Source: Planctomycetota bacterium
GTDB lineage: Bacteria; Planctomycetota; GCA-002687715; CAIWVZ01
DNA length: 64,000 nt
Direction of reading: 5' to 3'
Assembly (NCBI GenBank): GCA_044222185.1
Contig: JBGANV010000008.1
Coordinates: forward strand, 224,001 to 288,000
Shown here: positions 37,153 through 47,200 of the stretch, one piece after another
How the letters are laid out: each line of letters opens with the position of its first letter
Numbering within the stretch: the first letter of the stretch is position 1
Notes under the pieces: model-generated
Seen by the model: only the letters and a program-made list of their open reading frames with translations
The model's database searches: none
Told to the model about the DNA's origin: nothing
Made by a program: the position numbers and the translations under genes

Positions 37153-37278
37153 GTTCGCCGTTCCTCGTTCCTCGTTCCTCGTTCCTCGTTCCTCGTTCCT
37201 CGTTCCTCGTTCCTCGTTCCTCGTTCCTCGTTCCTCGTTCCTCGTTCCTCGTTCGTCGTTCGTCGTTCGTCGTTCGTC
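37153..37278. repeat. Intergenic heptamer tandem repeat GTTCGCC + (GTTCCTC)13 + (GTTCGTC)4
   Basis: Counted directly from the sequence. Confidence 0.97.
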
Positions 37279-37522
37279 CCCGGCCTCTCGCTTCGCGCGA
37301 ACCCGAGCGCCCCGGAGCGCCGCGCGACCCGAGCGTTAGCGAGGGCGTGCGGCAGGATCGCCGGTCGACCGCAGCGTCAGCGAGGACGACCGGTCCGGCC
37401 GATATCCACGCGCTGGCGGCCTCGCGATCATCATGTATCCCTCAGTGATCCGGAGCCACGATCGATCAGTCGACCCATCTGGGGAATACGCCCGGAAACA
37501 TCGAGTCCATCCCCAAACCCCA

Positions 37523-38686
37523 ATGTGCACGCCCAGCGTCAGAACCATGGCCGCGACCGCGCCCTGGCCGCGACTCGCCGCATTGGCGATGCTCCTCGCG
37601 ATGAGTGCATCGATCGCTGCCGGCGAGGTCGCACAGAGCAAGCAAGCCGACTCGCGCGCATGGCTACCACGTCATCAATCATCCGATGGGCGATGGCGTT
37701 CCGATGGGTTCAGCGAATGCTGCGATGCCGGCGGAAGCCGGTGCGGTGACCCGGGAATCGGCGGCATGGACGTGGCGGCCACGGGGCTCGTGCTCCTGGC
37801 TTTCATGGGATCCGGGTTCGACGATGAACGCCCGAGCCCGTACCGGGAGGTCGTCGGCAACGGCATGCGATGGCTCGCGAGCGTCCAGACCGAGGCGGGC
37901 TGGTTCGGGTCCCGCTACGCGGCACGCGCCAGGTTCTCCCACGTCGTTGCGACGCTGGCTGTCACGGAGAGCTACGAGTCCACGAGACGACCGGTGTGGC
38001 GCGATCGCGGCCGGCGGGGCATCGCCGCGATCTTCTCGAAGAGCGTGGTTCGCTGGCCGTGGGAACGGGGTGTGGAGCGCGCGGACGATGATGCGCTCGT
38101 GACGGCATGGACGCTCCGCGCTCTCTCGGAGGCCAACTGCGAGTGGTCGGAGTCGGTCGACTTGTCGATCGTGCGCCCGATGATCGGCCTCCTCGACCGA
38201 GCCGCGATGGCCGACGGCGGAGTGTCCGTCGACTCGCGCTCGTCGGATTCGCGGCGGACTCGCGGAGGCCCACCGCGCGGCTCGAGCCTCACGACCCCCG
38301 AGTTCGCCGCCTCCGCGGCGCTGTGGGCGCGCCACCGTTTCGCCGTGATGCGCTCGCAGGAGGATGAACCCATCATGGCTCTTCACCAGCAGCGCGTCGC
38401 GGCGCGACCGCCCGCACTCGATCCGGCGAAAGGCTCGATCGATCCGCTGGACTGGTGTTTCGAGTTCAGTGTCGTCCCGCGCGACGCCGCGGACGAATGG
38501 GCCAGTGATCTGCGGCCGTTGCTGAACGAGATGCAGCGGAAGACGGGCTGCGCCGATCTCAGTTTCGATCCACGTGGCGGGTTGTCGAGACTCGGCGGCC
38601 GCGTCATCGCGACGGCGATCGCGTATCTCGCATTGGAGGTGAGCGACCAGGAGTTCGGGACGCGCCCAACCTGGCTGTTGAGGTAG
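37523..38686 (+). CDS. Secreted alpha/alpha-barrel (prenyltransferase/squalene cyclase-like repeat) protein, copy 1
   Basis: Signal peptide (start 37523 or 37547); WLPRHQSSDGRW, DVAATGLVLLAFMG, GMRWLASVQxxxGWFG, GGRVIATA. Confidence 0.75.
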   Translation: MCTPSVRTMAATAPWPRLAALAMLLAMSASIAAGEVAQSKQADSRAWLPRHQSSDGRWRSDGFSECCDAGGSRCGDPGIGGMDVAATGLVLLAFMGSGFDDERPSPYREVVGNGMRWLASVQTEAGWFGSRYAARARFSHVVATLAVTESYESTRRPVWRDRGRRGIAAIFSKSVVRWPWERGVERADDDALVTAWTLRALSEANCEWSESVDLSIVRPMIGLLDRAAMADGGVSVDSRSSDSRRTRGGPPRGSSLTTPEFAASAALWARHRFAVMRSQEDEPIMALHQQRVAARPPALDPAKGSIDPLDWCFEFSVVPRDAADEWASDLRPLLNEMQRKTGCADLSFDPRGGLSRLGGRVIATAIAYLALEVSDQEFGTRPTWLLR

Positions 38687-38788
38687 CGGGTACGGCGCGT
38701 CGAGCGTGCCCGGCGCCCGGCGAAAGCGCAACGGCGGGAGGCCTTCTTCCTGTATGCTGCCGCGCGTCCCCGCCGGACAAGGACTCGG

Positions 38789-40000
38789 GTGCACATTCAA
38801 TTGCAGGAGCGGAACCACGTTCGTGTGATCGTCCGTGCGATCGCGGCGAGTGCGCGACTCGCTGGGCTTGCGTTAATCGTTGCGAGCATGGCCGCGAGTG
38901 CCGATCGCGGAATTGCACAGGACGCGCCGACGGTGTCGCAACCCGCATCCCAGCCGACCTCGCGACCGCCCGAATCGCGCGAGTGGCTCCCCCGGCATCA
39001 GTCACCGGATGGCCGATGGAGCTCGGATGGCTTCTCCGTCCATTGCGACGCTGGCGGGCCACGATGCACAGACCCTGGAATCGGCGGCATGGACGTGGCG
39101 GCCACGGGACTCGTGCTCCTGGCCTTCATGGGCGCCGGTTACGACGAAGAGCGTCCGGGACCGTACCGGGAGGTCGTGAGCAAAGGCATGCGTTGGCTCG
39201 CGAGCGTCCAGGACGACGCCGGCTGGTTCGGATCGCGCTACGCAGCGCGGGCCAGATTCTCCCACGTGATCGCGACGCTCGCCGTGGCAGAGAGCTTTGG
39301 TTCCACGGGACGGCGCGTATGGCGCGACCGGGCTGAGAAGGGACAGAGAGCCCTCCGCACGGATGGCCCGGTGCGCTGGCCATGGGACGTCCGCGCCGAG
39401 CCGGCGGACGACGACGCATTGGTCACGGCATGGGCGCTCCTCGCAATGTCGGAGGGGCGAGGGGAATGGTCCGCGTCGACCGACCCGGCGACAGTCCGAA
39501 CGATGGTCGGGTTGCTGGACCGCGCCGCAAGGCAAGGCGATGAGCCCGCAGCCAGTTCACGATCAGTCGGATCGCGAGGTGCGACCGAAAGCCGGTCCGC
39601 TCGAACGAGCCTGACGACGCCGGAGTTCGCCGCAGCCGCGGCGTTGCTCGCGCGTCGCCGGTTCGCTCTCAGGAACGCACCCGACGACGAAGCGATCATC
39701 GCGCACCACCAGCGGCGCCTCGCGGCGCGGCCTCCGTCGATAGACGAGGCGAGGGGTTCGGTCGATCCGCTGGATTGGTGCTTTGGGATCCGTGCCGTCG
39801 AAGACGACAGTTGGCCAATGTGGGCCGGCCAGATTCGATTGATCGCTGTCGACTTGCAGATCAAGGACGGCTGCGCCCGAGGGAGCTTCGATCCGCACGG
39901 AGGACTTGGCCGACTCGGCGGCCGCACGATCGCGACGGCTCTGTCGTTGATCGCCATCGAGCTGCGTTATTTCCGCGGGCCCCAATGCTTCGGGCGTTGA
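38789..40000 (+). CDS. Secreted alpha/alpha-barrel (prenyltransferase/squalene cyclase-like repeat) protein, copy 2
   Basis: Collinear paralog of 37523..38686. Start is uncertain (38789 or GTG 38825). Confidence 0.75.
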   Translation: MHIQLQERNHVRVIVRAIAASARLAGLALIVASMAASADRGIAQDAPTVSQPASQPTSRPPESREWLPRHQSPDGRWSSDGFSVHCDAGGPRCTDPGIGGMDVAATGLVLLAFMGAGYDEERPGPYREVVSKGMRWLASVQDDAGWFGSRYAARARFSHVIATLAVAESFGSTGRRVWRDRAEKGQRALRTDGPVRWPWDVRAEPADDDALVTAWALLAMSEGRGEWSASTDPATVRTMVGLLDRAARQGDEPAASSRSVGSRGATESRSARTSLTTPEFAAAAALLARRRFALRNAPDDEAIIAHHQRRLAARPPSIDEARGSVDPLDWCFGIRAVEDDSWPMWAGQIRLIAVDLQIKDGCARGSFDPHGGLGRLGGRTIATALSLIAIELRYFRGPQCFGR

Positions 40001-40304
40001 ACGCCATCAGCGATGACGTGAGCTCTTGATGAGTCCGTACGACATCTCGACCGTGCGAGTCCGACCAGCACACAGTGGGGGTCGAATTCCCATCCCGGCG
40101 ATACCGGTGATCGTGATCGTCGACCTCGCTTCCGAGCTACCCCGGCTCGCTTTCGATGATCACGCGGGTCGCCAGTGATCTCGCACCGGGCCGCAATCCG
40201 CGCCGGTCGGTCCGCGCGGGACGCGCGGCGATCCGGCCGGTCCCGGCCGAGACGGCGGTGTACTTGGCGCCCGCGGAAGAGAGGCCGCGTAGACTCAGGC
40301 CCCC

Positions 40305-40982
40305 ATGAGGAGCAGTCGACGCGAGATCGCACGTGCGCTGCGAGCCTTCTTCGGAAGCCGCGTTGCGCGGCTTGCGCGCCCCCACGAATCGGGCCCTGCG
40401 ATCGTGGCGGGGCGGATTGCCGCACGACTCGCGCTGTCGAGCGCTGCGCCCCGGTACTTCGACATCGCGACCTCCGCCGTCGATGCGGCCGCCGCGGCGA
40501 GCGGACTTACCTTCGATGCCTGCCCGCTCATCGACGACGAGGCCGATCCGGCTCTCGACGTGGGCGCCCAGCGCGACCGCTGGGATCGCTTCGTCGCGCA
40601 CCTTCCGGCCGCGATGCCGCGCCCGCGACTCCGATTCCCACAATCGGAACTGAGGTTGAGCCGAGGGCTGGCCACCCTCACGACCTTGAGCCTCATCTCG
40701 TTCGGAGGCTCCGGCCCCCTACGCGCGGTCGGGATCCTGGCGTGGCCGGTCGCGGCGGGCGCGTATCTCGCGCTCCGGCGTCGTCATCGCACGGCCGTCA
40801 CTCCGGCGATCGGCGACGCGCGAGAACTCGCGGAGTGGATGTCGACGACCGCGATTCGGGATGCGATCGACCGACACGAACCCATCAGTCGCGACGACGT
40901 CGAACAGGCCGTCGCGATCGCATTCGACTCGACGCCGGAAGAGACTGGGGCCGCCGCCGACGGCGATCCCATCGACGGCTGA
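40305..40982 (+). CDS. Hypothetical membrane protein
   Basis: Fills the gap between confident genes; TAGACT 9 nt before the ATG; two hydrophobic segments; no recognisable family. Confidence 0.4.
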   Translation: MRSSRREIARALRAFFGSRVARLARPHESGPAIVAGRIAARLALSSAAPRYFDIATSAVDAAAAASGLTFDACPLIDDEADPALDVGAQRDRWDRFVAHLPAAMPRPRLRFPQSELRLSRGLATLTTLSLISFGGSGPLRAVGILAWPVAAGAYLALRRRHRTAVTPAIGDARELAEWMSTTAIRDAIDRHEPISRDDVEQAVAIAFDSTPEETGAAADGDPIDG

Positions 40983-40996
40983 GCGCCCCGCAGCCA

Positions 40997-43207
40997 TCAC
41001 GGCAGGAACACGATCTCCCGGCCGTCGCTCGCGGCGAACGAACCGTTGTGCGCGGTCACGGTGGTCGCGACGACTTGGAAGCGGCCGACAAGTCCCGAGA
41101 GGCCCGGCGGAACGGGGAAATCGAGAGTGTTCGCGGGCGTGGAATTCAGGGGCACGGCCGACAGGACGATCCCACTCGGATAGCCGACGTAGATCGGCGA
41201 CAGACCCGACGGAGGCAGCACGGGGTCACTGCCACTCGGATAGGCGTCGGCGACGAGGAGCGACGGAACTCCCACGATGCTCCCGAGCGGGCAACGCCAC
41301 CGCATCGTGAGAAGCTGGCCCGGCGCGATGGACTTGCGGCCTTCGTTCCCGAAGACGCCATCGATGCCGGACTCGAGGGTGAGGTCGTCGTTCGTGCCCG
41401 TGAGCCCCACGAACGCGTCGCTCTCGCAAGCGATGGCGACGGGCGTGTACGGGAACGAATATGCCCGGATGACGGCTCGGGACTCGCCGAACACCACGTA
41501 GAGGCCCGCGTCGACCGTCGCCAGGAGGTTGTATCCGTTTGCGAACGAGAAGCCGCGCACGGTGCCGCCGAGCTCACCAGGTCGGCTGAACAGTTGGCTC
41601 GGTCCCGTCGCCAGCGTCGACGGGTCGATCTCGACCAGTTCCTTCGTCACCCCGATGAAGCCCTGCCCGAACGCAAACAGACGATCGCTGACGGGGTTTC
41701 CCGCCAGTCGCGCGCCGGTCGGCAGGCCAGCGTTGGAAATCAGCTGCGTGGCGACGCCGCCCGGAAGGGCCAATTCGTAGATCGGGTTGAACGCGAACAG
41801 GGCCGGCGCCGTCGACGCGATCAGGCGACCGAGAGGGTCGAACGTGAGCGTGCGAAGCGCCGTCGTGTACGTCCGGATCGAGGTGCACGCGCCATTGGCC
41901 ACGTTGACCGACACGAGCGCCGTCGACGAGCCCATGGTGACCAACGCGAAGTAGCTGTTGGTGCCCGGCCGGCGGACGAAGGCGTGCACGGCCGTGATTG
42001 CTGGTCCCTGCGAGGACAGCGCGACGGACGACAACGTGAAACCATCCGAAAGCCGCACGCGCCGCAACGTGTTCGATCCATCGATCGTCCAGGCACGGCC
42101 GTCGAGAGGCGGAGCCGGGTCCACGGTGACGGTCACCGATGCGGGGCTGAGGACTCCATTCGTGCAGCCGAGCGAGTCCATCACGGACGTCAGGGTGTAC
42201 GTCGTCGTCGCAGCCGGAATGACATGGCGCGTCGCGAGGGTCGCGGAGGTGGTCTGCGTCACCCCGTCGGCCCACGTGAGCGTGAACGGAGGCGTGCCTG
42301 ACAAGAGGATCGTAAGCCGTTCCACGGCGCCGTAGGCCAGGCGCAACGGCCCCGAGACCGACGCGTGGGGCCGTTGGAGCACGTTGAACGGGGCCGACCC
42401 CGAGATGATGCCCGGGCACCCATGGACGTCGGTGCACGTGAGGATCTGAAGCGGCTGCGCGCCCGGCGTGGTGTGCGTTTTCTGCCGCGAGTACTGCCCC
42501 GGCGACGTGATGGTCTGGGTGAGGGCATCGCTCCAGGTGACCTGGAACGGCGGATCACCCGTGATCGTGAAGTCGATCGTCGACGTTTCGGAGACGCACA
42601 CGGTGCTGCTTCCATTGATGCCGTAGTTGACCGACGCGCCGTAGGCCGCCACGTTCGTGCGCCGAGTGTTCGAGTAACCCGCCACGTCCGTGACGCGGAG
42701 GTCGAACCATTGGCCAGCGCCGGACGCGAACGTATGCGAGGCGGACGGTCCACTCGCCGTGCCGCCATCGGAGAACGTCCACAAGTAATTCACGATGGGG
42801 CCCAACCCCGAATAGGACCCGGCGCTGTGCATGCTGACGTTCAGAGGAGCACATCCCGTCGTCGCCGACGATTGGACGACGGCGAGTGGCCCCTGCTGGA
42901 CGTTGATCGTCTGAGACACGGGCGTGAAGGAACCGTTCTGGAAGATGAGCGTCAACGTGACCGTCTTCGGGCCCGCGGTGGCGAAGGTGTATGGCACGGT
43001 GACGGTGCGGCAGCCGCAGCCGCCGCCGACGTAAAGCCCATCGAGGTGCCAGAGATTCGCGACGATGCCGGGGGCCGTGGACGTGTCCGTGAACGTGACC
43101 GGCACGGACGAGTAAACGGTCGACGGCGAGTAGGTGAACGAAAGCTGGGCGAGGCCGGGTGCGACGCCGATGAACATCACGAGAGCGAGCGAGGCCAGTA
43201 TCCGCAT
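40997..43207 (-). CDS. Secreted PKD-domain protein with beta-propeller-like region and C-terminal domain
   Basis: GGAG RBS and signal peptide MRILASLALVMFIGVAPGLAQ; PKD motifs VTFTDTS...YTFATAG.KTVTL and YLWTFSDG...HTF; GxPPFxxTWxD repeats. Confidence 0.85.
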   Translation of the reverse strand: MRILASLALVMFIGVAPGLAQLSFTYSPSTVYSSVPVTFTDTSTAPGIVANLWHLDGLYVGGGCGCRTVTVPYTFATAGPKTVTLTLIFQNGSFTPVSQTINVQQGPLAVVQSSATTGCAPLNVSMHSAGSYSGLGPIVNYLWTFSDGGTASGPSASHTFASGAGQWFDLRVTDVAGYSNTRRTNVAAYGASVNYGINGSSTVCVSETSTIDFTITGDPPFQVTWSDALTQTITSPGQYSRQKTHTTPGAQPLQILTCTDVHGCPGIISGSAPFNVLQRPHASVSGPLRLAYGAVERLTILLSGTPPFTLTWADGVTQTTSATLATRHVIPAATTTYTLTSVMDSLGCTNGVLSPASVTVTVDPAPPLDGRAWTIDGSNTLRRVRLSDGFTLSSVALSSQGPAITAVHAFVRRPGTNSYFALVTMGSSTALVSVNVANGACTSIRTYTTALRTLTFDPLGRLIASTAPALFAFNPIYELALPGGVATQLISNAGLPTGARLAGNPVSDRLFAFGQGFIGVTKELVEIDPSTLATGPSQLFSRPGELGGTVRGFSFANGYNLLATVDAGLYVVFGESRAVIRAYSFPYTPVAIACESDAFVGLTGTNDDLTLESGIDGVFGNEGRKSIAPGQLLTMRWRCPLGSIVGVPSLLVADAYPSGSDPVLPPSGLSPIYVGYPSGIVLSAVPLNSTPANTLDFPVPPGLSGLVGRFQVVATTVTAHNGSFAASDGREIVFLP

Positions 43208-43564
43208 GAGAGTGTCTCCAATGGGCAGCGACGACTGCCGACTGAAGACGCCATGCGGGAGATCACGCCAGAAGGACAGCGACGGAGAAAAAATGTGGAC
43301 CTGGCATAAATACTGATTTGTCAAGACCTTGGCGCGCCCGCCGCGACTCGGCCGCGACGGCGCCGAGGCGTGAACGTCAGACGACGGCGACCCGACCGCG
43401 GCCCGACCCTGGCGTGTCCAAGGCGTGACCGCGCTGCGACCGTAGCCCGACCGCGGCGTGACCGCGGCGCCGCCGGGCGCCGGGGCGTGCGCGCTGAAGG
43501 ACTCTCGCGGAGCGAAATGGTGCCGCGGCGGCGTTCGCCCGGTCCGCATCCCAAGCGACCCGCG

Positions 43565-44167
43565 TCAATCGTCCAGGAGTTCGTCGAAGATCGAATCCGG
43601 CAGCGCGGCGCGGAGCTTCTCGAGCCCCCGTCGATAGCGGTGAGAAACGGTGTTGGGCGATTCACCAAGATCGGCCGCGATGTCCGCGTTCTCGACGCCC
43701 TCGACGGCGCGGAGCAGCACGATCGTCCGCACCGGCTCACCGAGCGACTCGAGCGCGCTTCGCACGCGATCGGAGAACTGGCGATCCTGGGGCACGCTCG
43801 CGCGGCACGTGGGCTCGGCCAACCGCTCCTCGACGGAATCGATACGGTCGACTCTGCGTTTGAGCGCATTCTCGATGCGCCGATTGCAGAGCGCGCGGAC
43901 CGTGGTCGCCAGGAAGCACAAGAGAACCGGAGTGAACCGACCCGCGCGGGGAACGATCTCGCCCAGCCTCGGGAGCATGACGAGCCACGCCTCGGCGACC
44001 ACATCCTCCGCATCGCCGACCGCCACCGGGGTCCCGGAGAGACGCATCCGCGCCTGCGCCTCGAGCAGCGGCGAGAACCGCTGGACGATCCACTCGACGC
44101 TTTCACGATCGTGAGCGATTGCCGCTCGTACGTGGCGTGTCGTCAGATCGATCCGCGGTTCGACCAC
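43565..44167 (-). CDS. ECF sigma-70 factor, divergent from a Ser/Thr kinase
   Basis: GAAAGGA RBS with GTG 44167; region 2 DAEDVVAEAW; region 4 ALESLGEPVRTIVLLRAVEGVENADIAADLGESPNTV..RYRRGLEKLR. Confidence 0.88.
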   Translation of the reverse strand: MVEPRIDLTTRHVRAAIAHDRESVEWIVQRFSPLLEAQARMRLSGTPVAVGDAEDVVAEAWLVMLPRLGEIVPRAGRFTPVLLCFLATTVRALCNRRIENALKRRVDRIDSVEERLAEPTCRASVPQDRQFSDRVRSALESLGEPVRTIVLLRAVEGVENADIAADLGESPNTVSHRYRRGLEKLRAALPDSIFDELLDD

Positions 44168-44282
44168 CGAGAGTCCTTTCGTGCGGCGTTCATGAGCGTC
44201 GACATTATGGCTCAACGAGCGGCGGATTGCCGGATGCACCCGTTCATCTCCTCGGCGAAACCCGTGTATCCTCCCACCGCCC

Positions 44283-47200
44283 ATGAACGAGCGGATCCTC
44301 AACGCCTTCCTGAAAGCCATCGCGCACGACCGGTCTCTCGGCATCACGCGGACGCTCGCCGAATACCAGGCCCTCTGGGCCGGTCATGAAGACGACATCG
44401 CGCGCAAGTTCCGCGAGATCTTCGGGAACGAGGAGGACGGCGCGGCCCCGCCGTCGGCGAACGCAGGGCGAATCGGGTCCTATGAACTCGTTCGGCTTCT
44501 CGGCCGCGGCGGTCAGGGCGAGGTCCACCTCGCTCGCGACCTCCGCCTGGGCCGGCAGGTCGCGCTGAAGATCCTCGACGCCGGCGTCGTCCTCTCCCCC
44601 GCCGCGCAAGTCCGGTTCAAACGCGAGGCCGAACTCGCGGCGCGCCTCGACCACCCCGGCCTGGGCACCGTGTTCGAGGCGGGGCAGGAAGGGCGTTGCT
44701 CGTTCATCGCCACGGCGTTCCACGGAGGCGGATCGCTCGCCCATGCCATCGAAGCGGCGCGTGCGGATCGGAACGCAGCCCCGTTCGTGCCGCGCGATGG
44801 CGCGGCGCTTCGACGCCTCGCACGCGCGTTCGCCGATCTGGCTGGCGCGCTCGCGGTCGCGCACGACGCTGGCGTGCTTCACCGGGACGTCAAGCCGTCG
44901 AACATCATGCTGCGCGAGGACGGAGGCCTCGTCCTCATCGACTTCGGTCTCGCGCGCGCAATCGTCGACGACGCGACGATGGACGTCACGCAGAGCGGCG
45001 AACTCTTCGGGACGTCCGCCTACCTCGCACCCGAACTGATCTCGGGCCGCGGCCGTCCCGATCGGAGAACCGACCTCTATGCGTTCGGAGCCACGCTGTT
45101 CGAGACGTTGACCGGCCGCCCCCCATTCGACGGACCGACGCGCGAAGCCATCCTCGACCGCGTCCTGCGCGAGGACCCCGCGCGTCCATCGACGCGGAAC
45201 CCGGTGATCCCGCGAGATCTCGACGCGATCGTCGAAACGCTGCTCGACAAGGACCCGGACCGCCGCTACGCGGACGCCGCGGCCGTGGCCCAAGACCTCC
45301 TCGCGGTCGCGGAGGGCCGCCCCGTCTCGGTCGTCCGCCTGACGGCCGCGGGACGCGCCCGCCGCTGGCTCCGCCGGAGACCCCTCGTCGCCGGGCTCAT
45401 CCTTCTCGTCGCGCTGGGCCTGGCTACCGCCAGCGTATTCCTGGGCCTTTGGATCGCCGATCGGCCGGCCGTCGCGGAAACGCTCAGGCGCGAGCGAGCC
45501 GCCGCGTGCGAGCGCCTGCTGGAGGACGCGTCGTTCCAGCTCCACCACGGAAGCCTGCCGATCGCCAGTCGCCTCGTGAACGAAGCCATCGCCGCCGACC
45601 CCGACTCCATCGACGCTCGAGCACTCGGCGCAATCATCGCCGTCGCCTCGACGAAGACGGTGGACGACGCGCTCCTCGCGCCGCTTCGCGCGAACGGTCG
45701 GGAGGATCTCGTCGCGCCCATCCGCGCCCTCGCCGCGTTCGAGGCGGGGTCGCTGGACGACGCGGATCGCAAGCTCGCCGAGGCACCACCTCCCACGTCC
45801 GCGGTGGCCCACTTCACACAGGGCATGGTCCGCCTGCGAATCGCACATCACGGCCGCCCGGCGGAATCGCGTGCCACCTCCGCAGCCGATGCGCGCCCCG
45901 ACGAATCCGCGCTGCACGAGCTCGATCTCGCCGTCGCGACGGCGACGGTGGCGCGCCGTCTCTATCACATGGAACGACTGCATGCGGCCTTCCATCTGGG
46001 TGATCGCAAGCGCTGTCTCGACGTGGTGGAGGCGGCAACCCCGATCTGCGGCAGCTCGCCCACGGGCTCGGCGTGGATCGTCGAGTGTCTCGCGGAGGCC
46101 GGGGAATCGGAACGCGCTCTGAAGCTCGCGCAGTCGATCCTCGCGGAGCACGCCGAGGCCCTACGTGAACGGCCGCACCTTCATGCACGCGTCTTCGACG
46201 ACTGCCTCGTGCTCCTCGCACGGCTCGGTGACAGCCGCGCCGTCATCGAACAAGCCGACCGCTTCACGGCGCTGTTCCCCGGCCAGCCTCAAGGGATGAT
46301 CCAAAAGGCACGAGCGAAGGCGAGGCTCGGCGAGCTCGAGGAGGCCGCGGCGGTGCTCGCCGAGATCGAGCGCCGCGGGCTGCTGTCGGGCGCCGATGCC
46401 GGGACGCGAATGACGTTCCTTTCCTTCGCAGCCGACCTGGCGCGCGCGGCTGGTCAGCCGACGGAGGCGATTCGCCGGTTGAAGGAAGCCGTCACGGTGT
46501 CGCCGTCGGACCCGGGAGCGAGAGTCGCGCTCGCGAGAATGCTGTTCGAGACGAACGATCCGGGCGCGCTTGCGGCCGCACGGACGGCCGTCGAGACGAG
46601 CCCAGCCGATGCCTGGAGCTGGGCACGCCTGGGCGTCCTCGCGGACGATGGCGCCGAAGCCGAACGAGCGCTGTCGCGGGCGTGCGAGCTCCCTGGCACA
46701 CCGAGTTTCGCTGGCGCCGAACTTGCGCGCAGGCTCGAGGCGCGCGGGCGCTTCGACGAGGCGATCACGCTCTGTGAAAGGAGCCTTCGCGCGGGCTTCG
46801 AACCCGCGCGCGGCCAGCTCGCCGAGATCTACGTCGCGCTCGGCGAAACCGACGCACTCGAGCGACTGGCCAAAGAAGGGTTGTCGACCAACCCGGCCGA
46901 TCCCTACCCGACACTCGCGGCGGCGTTTGCCGCGCGTGAACGCGGCCGTTTCGCCGAGGCGGCCAGCCTCGCCGAGCGGTCGCTCGAGCTTGCGCAATCC
47001 GCGGGGCGACCGCCGCCGGACGCGGCACACGCCCTCGCCGAGGATTCGGCGGCGCTCGCGGCCGCGCTCGAGGACGAGGACGCGGCCGCGGATGCCGTGG
47101 CGAAAGCGCGGCTCGCGCACGCGATCGCCCTGAGTGACAAGCGTGCGCGAACGGAGGAAGCCTGGCGCGCCGCCATGGAAGCCCTGGGACGAGCCGCCGA

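Noticed and set aside
36950-37749. ORFs containing (SSFLVPR)n, and the array as a possible CRISPR
   Set aside because: The peptides are just translations of the heptamer microsatellite. There are no spacers and no cas genes.
40025-40105. Hammerhead-like TGATGA-GTC..GAC and tRNA T-arm-like GTGGG-GGTCGAATT-CCCAT
   Set aside because: The hammerhead lacks the CUGAUGA/GAAA core. The T-loop has 9 nt with no TTC, there is no cloverleaf or CCA, and no integrase is nearby.
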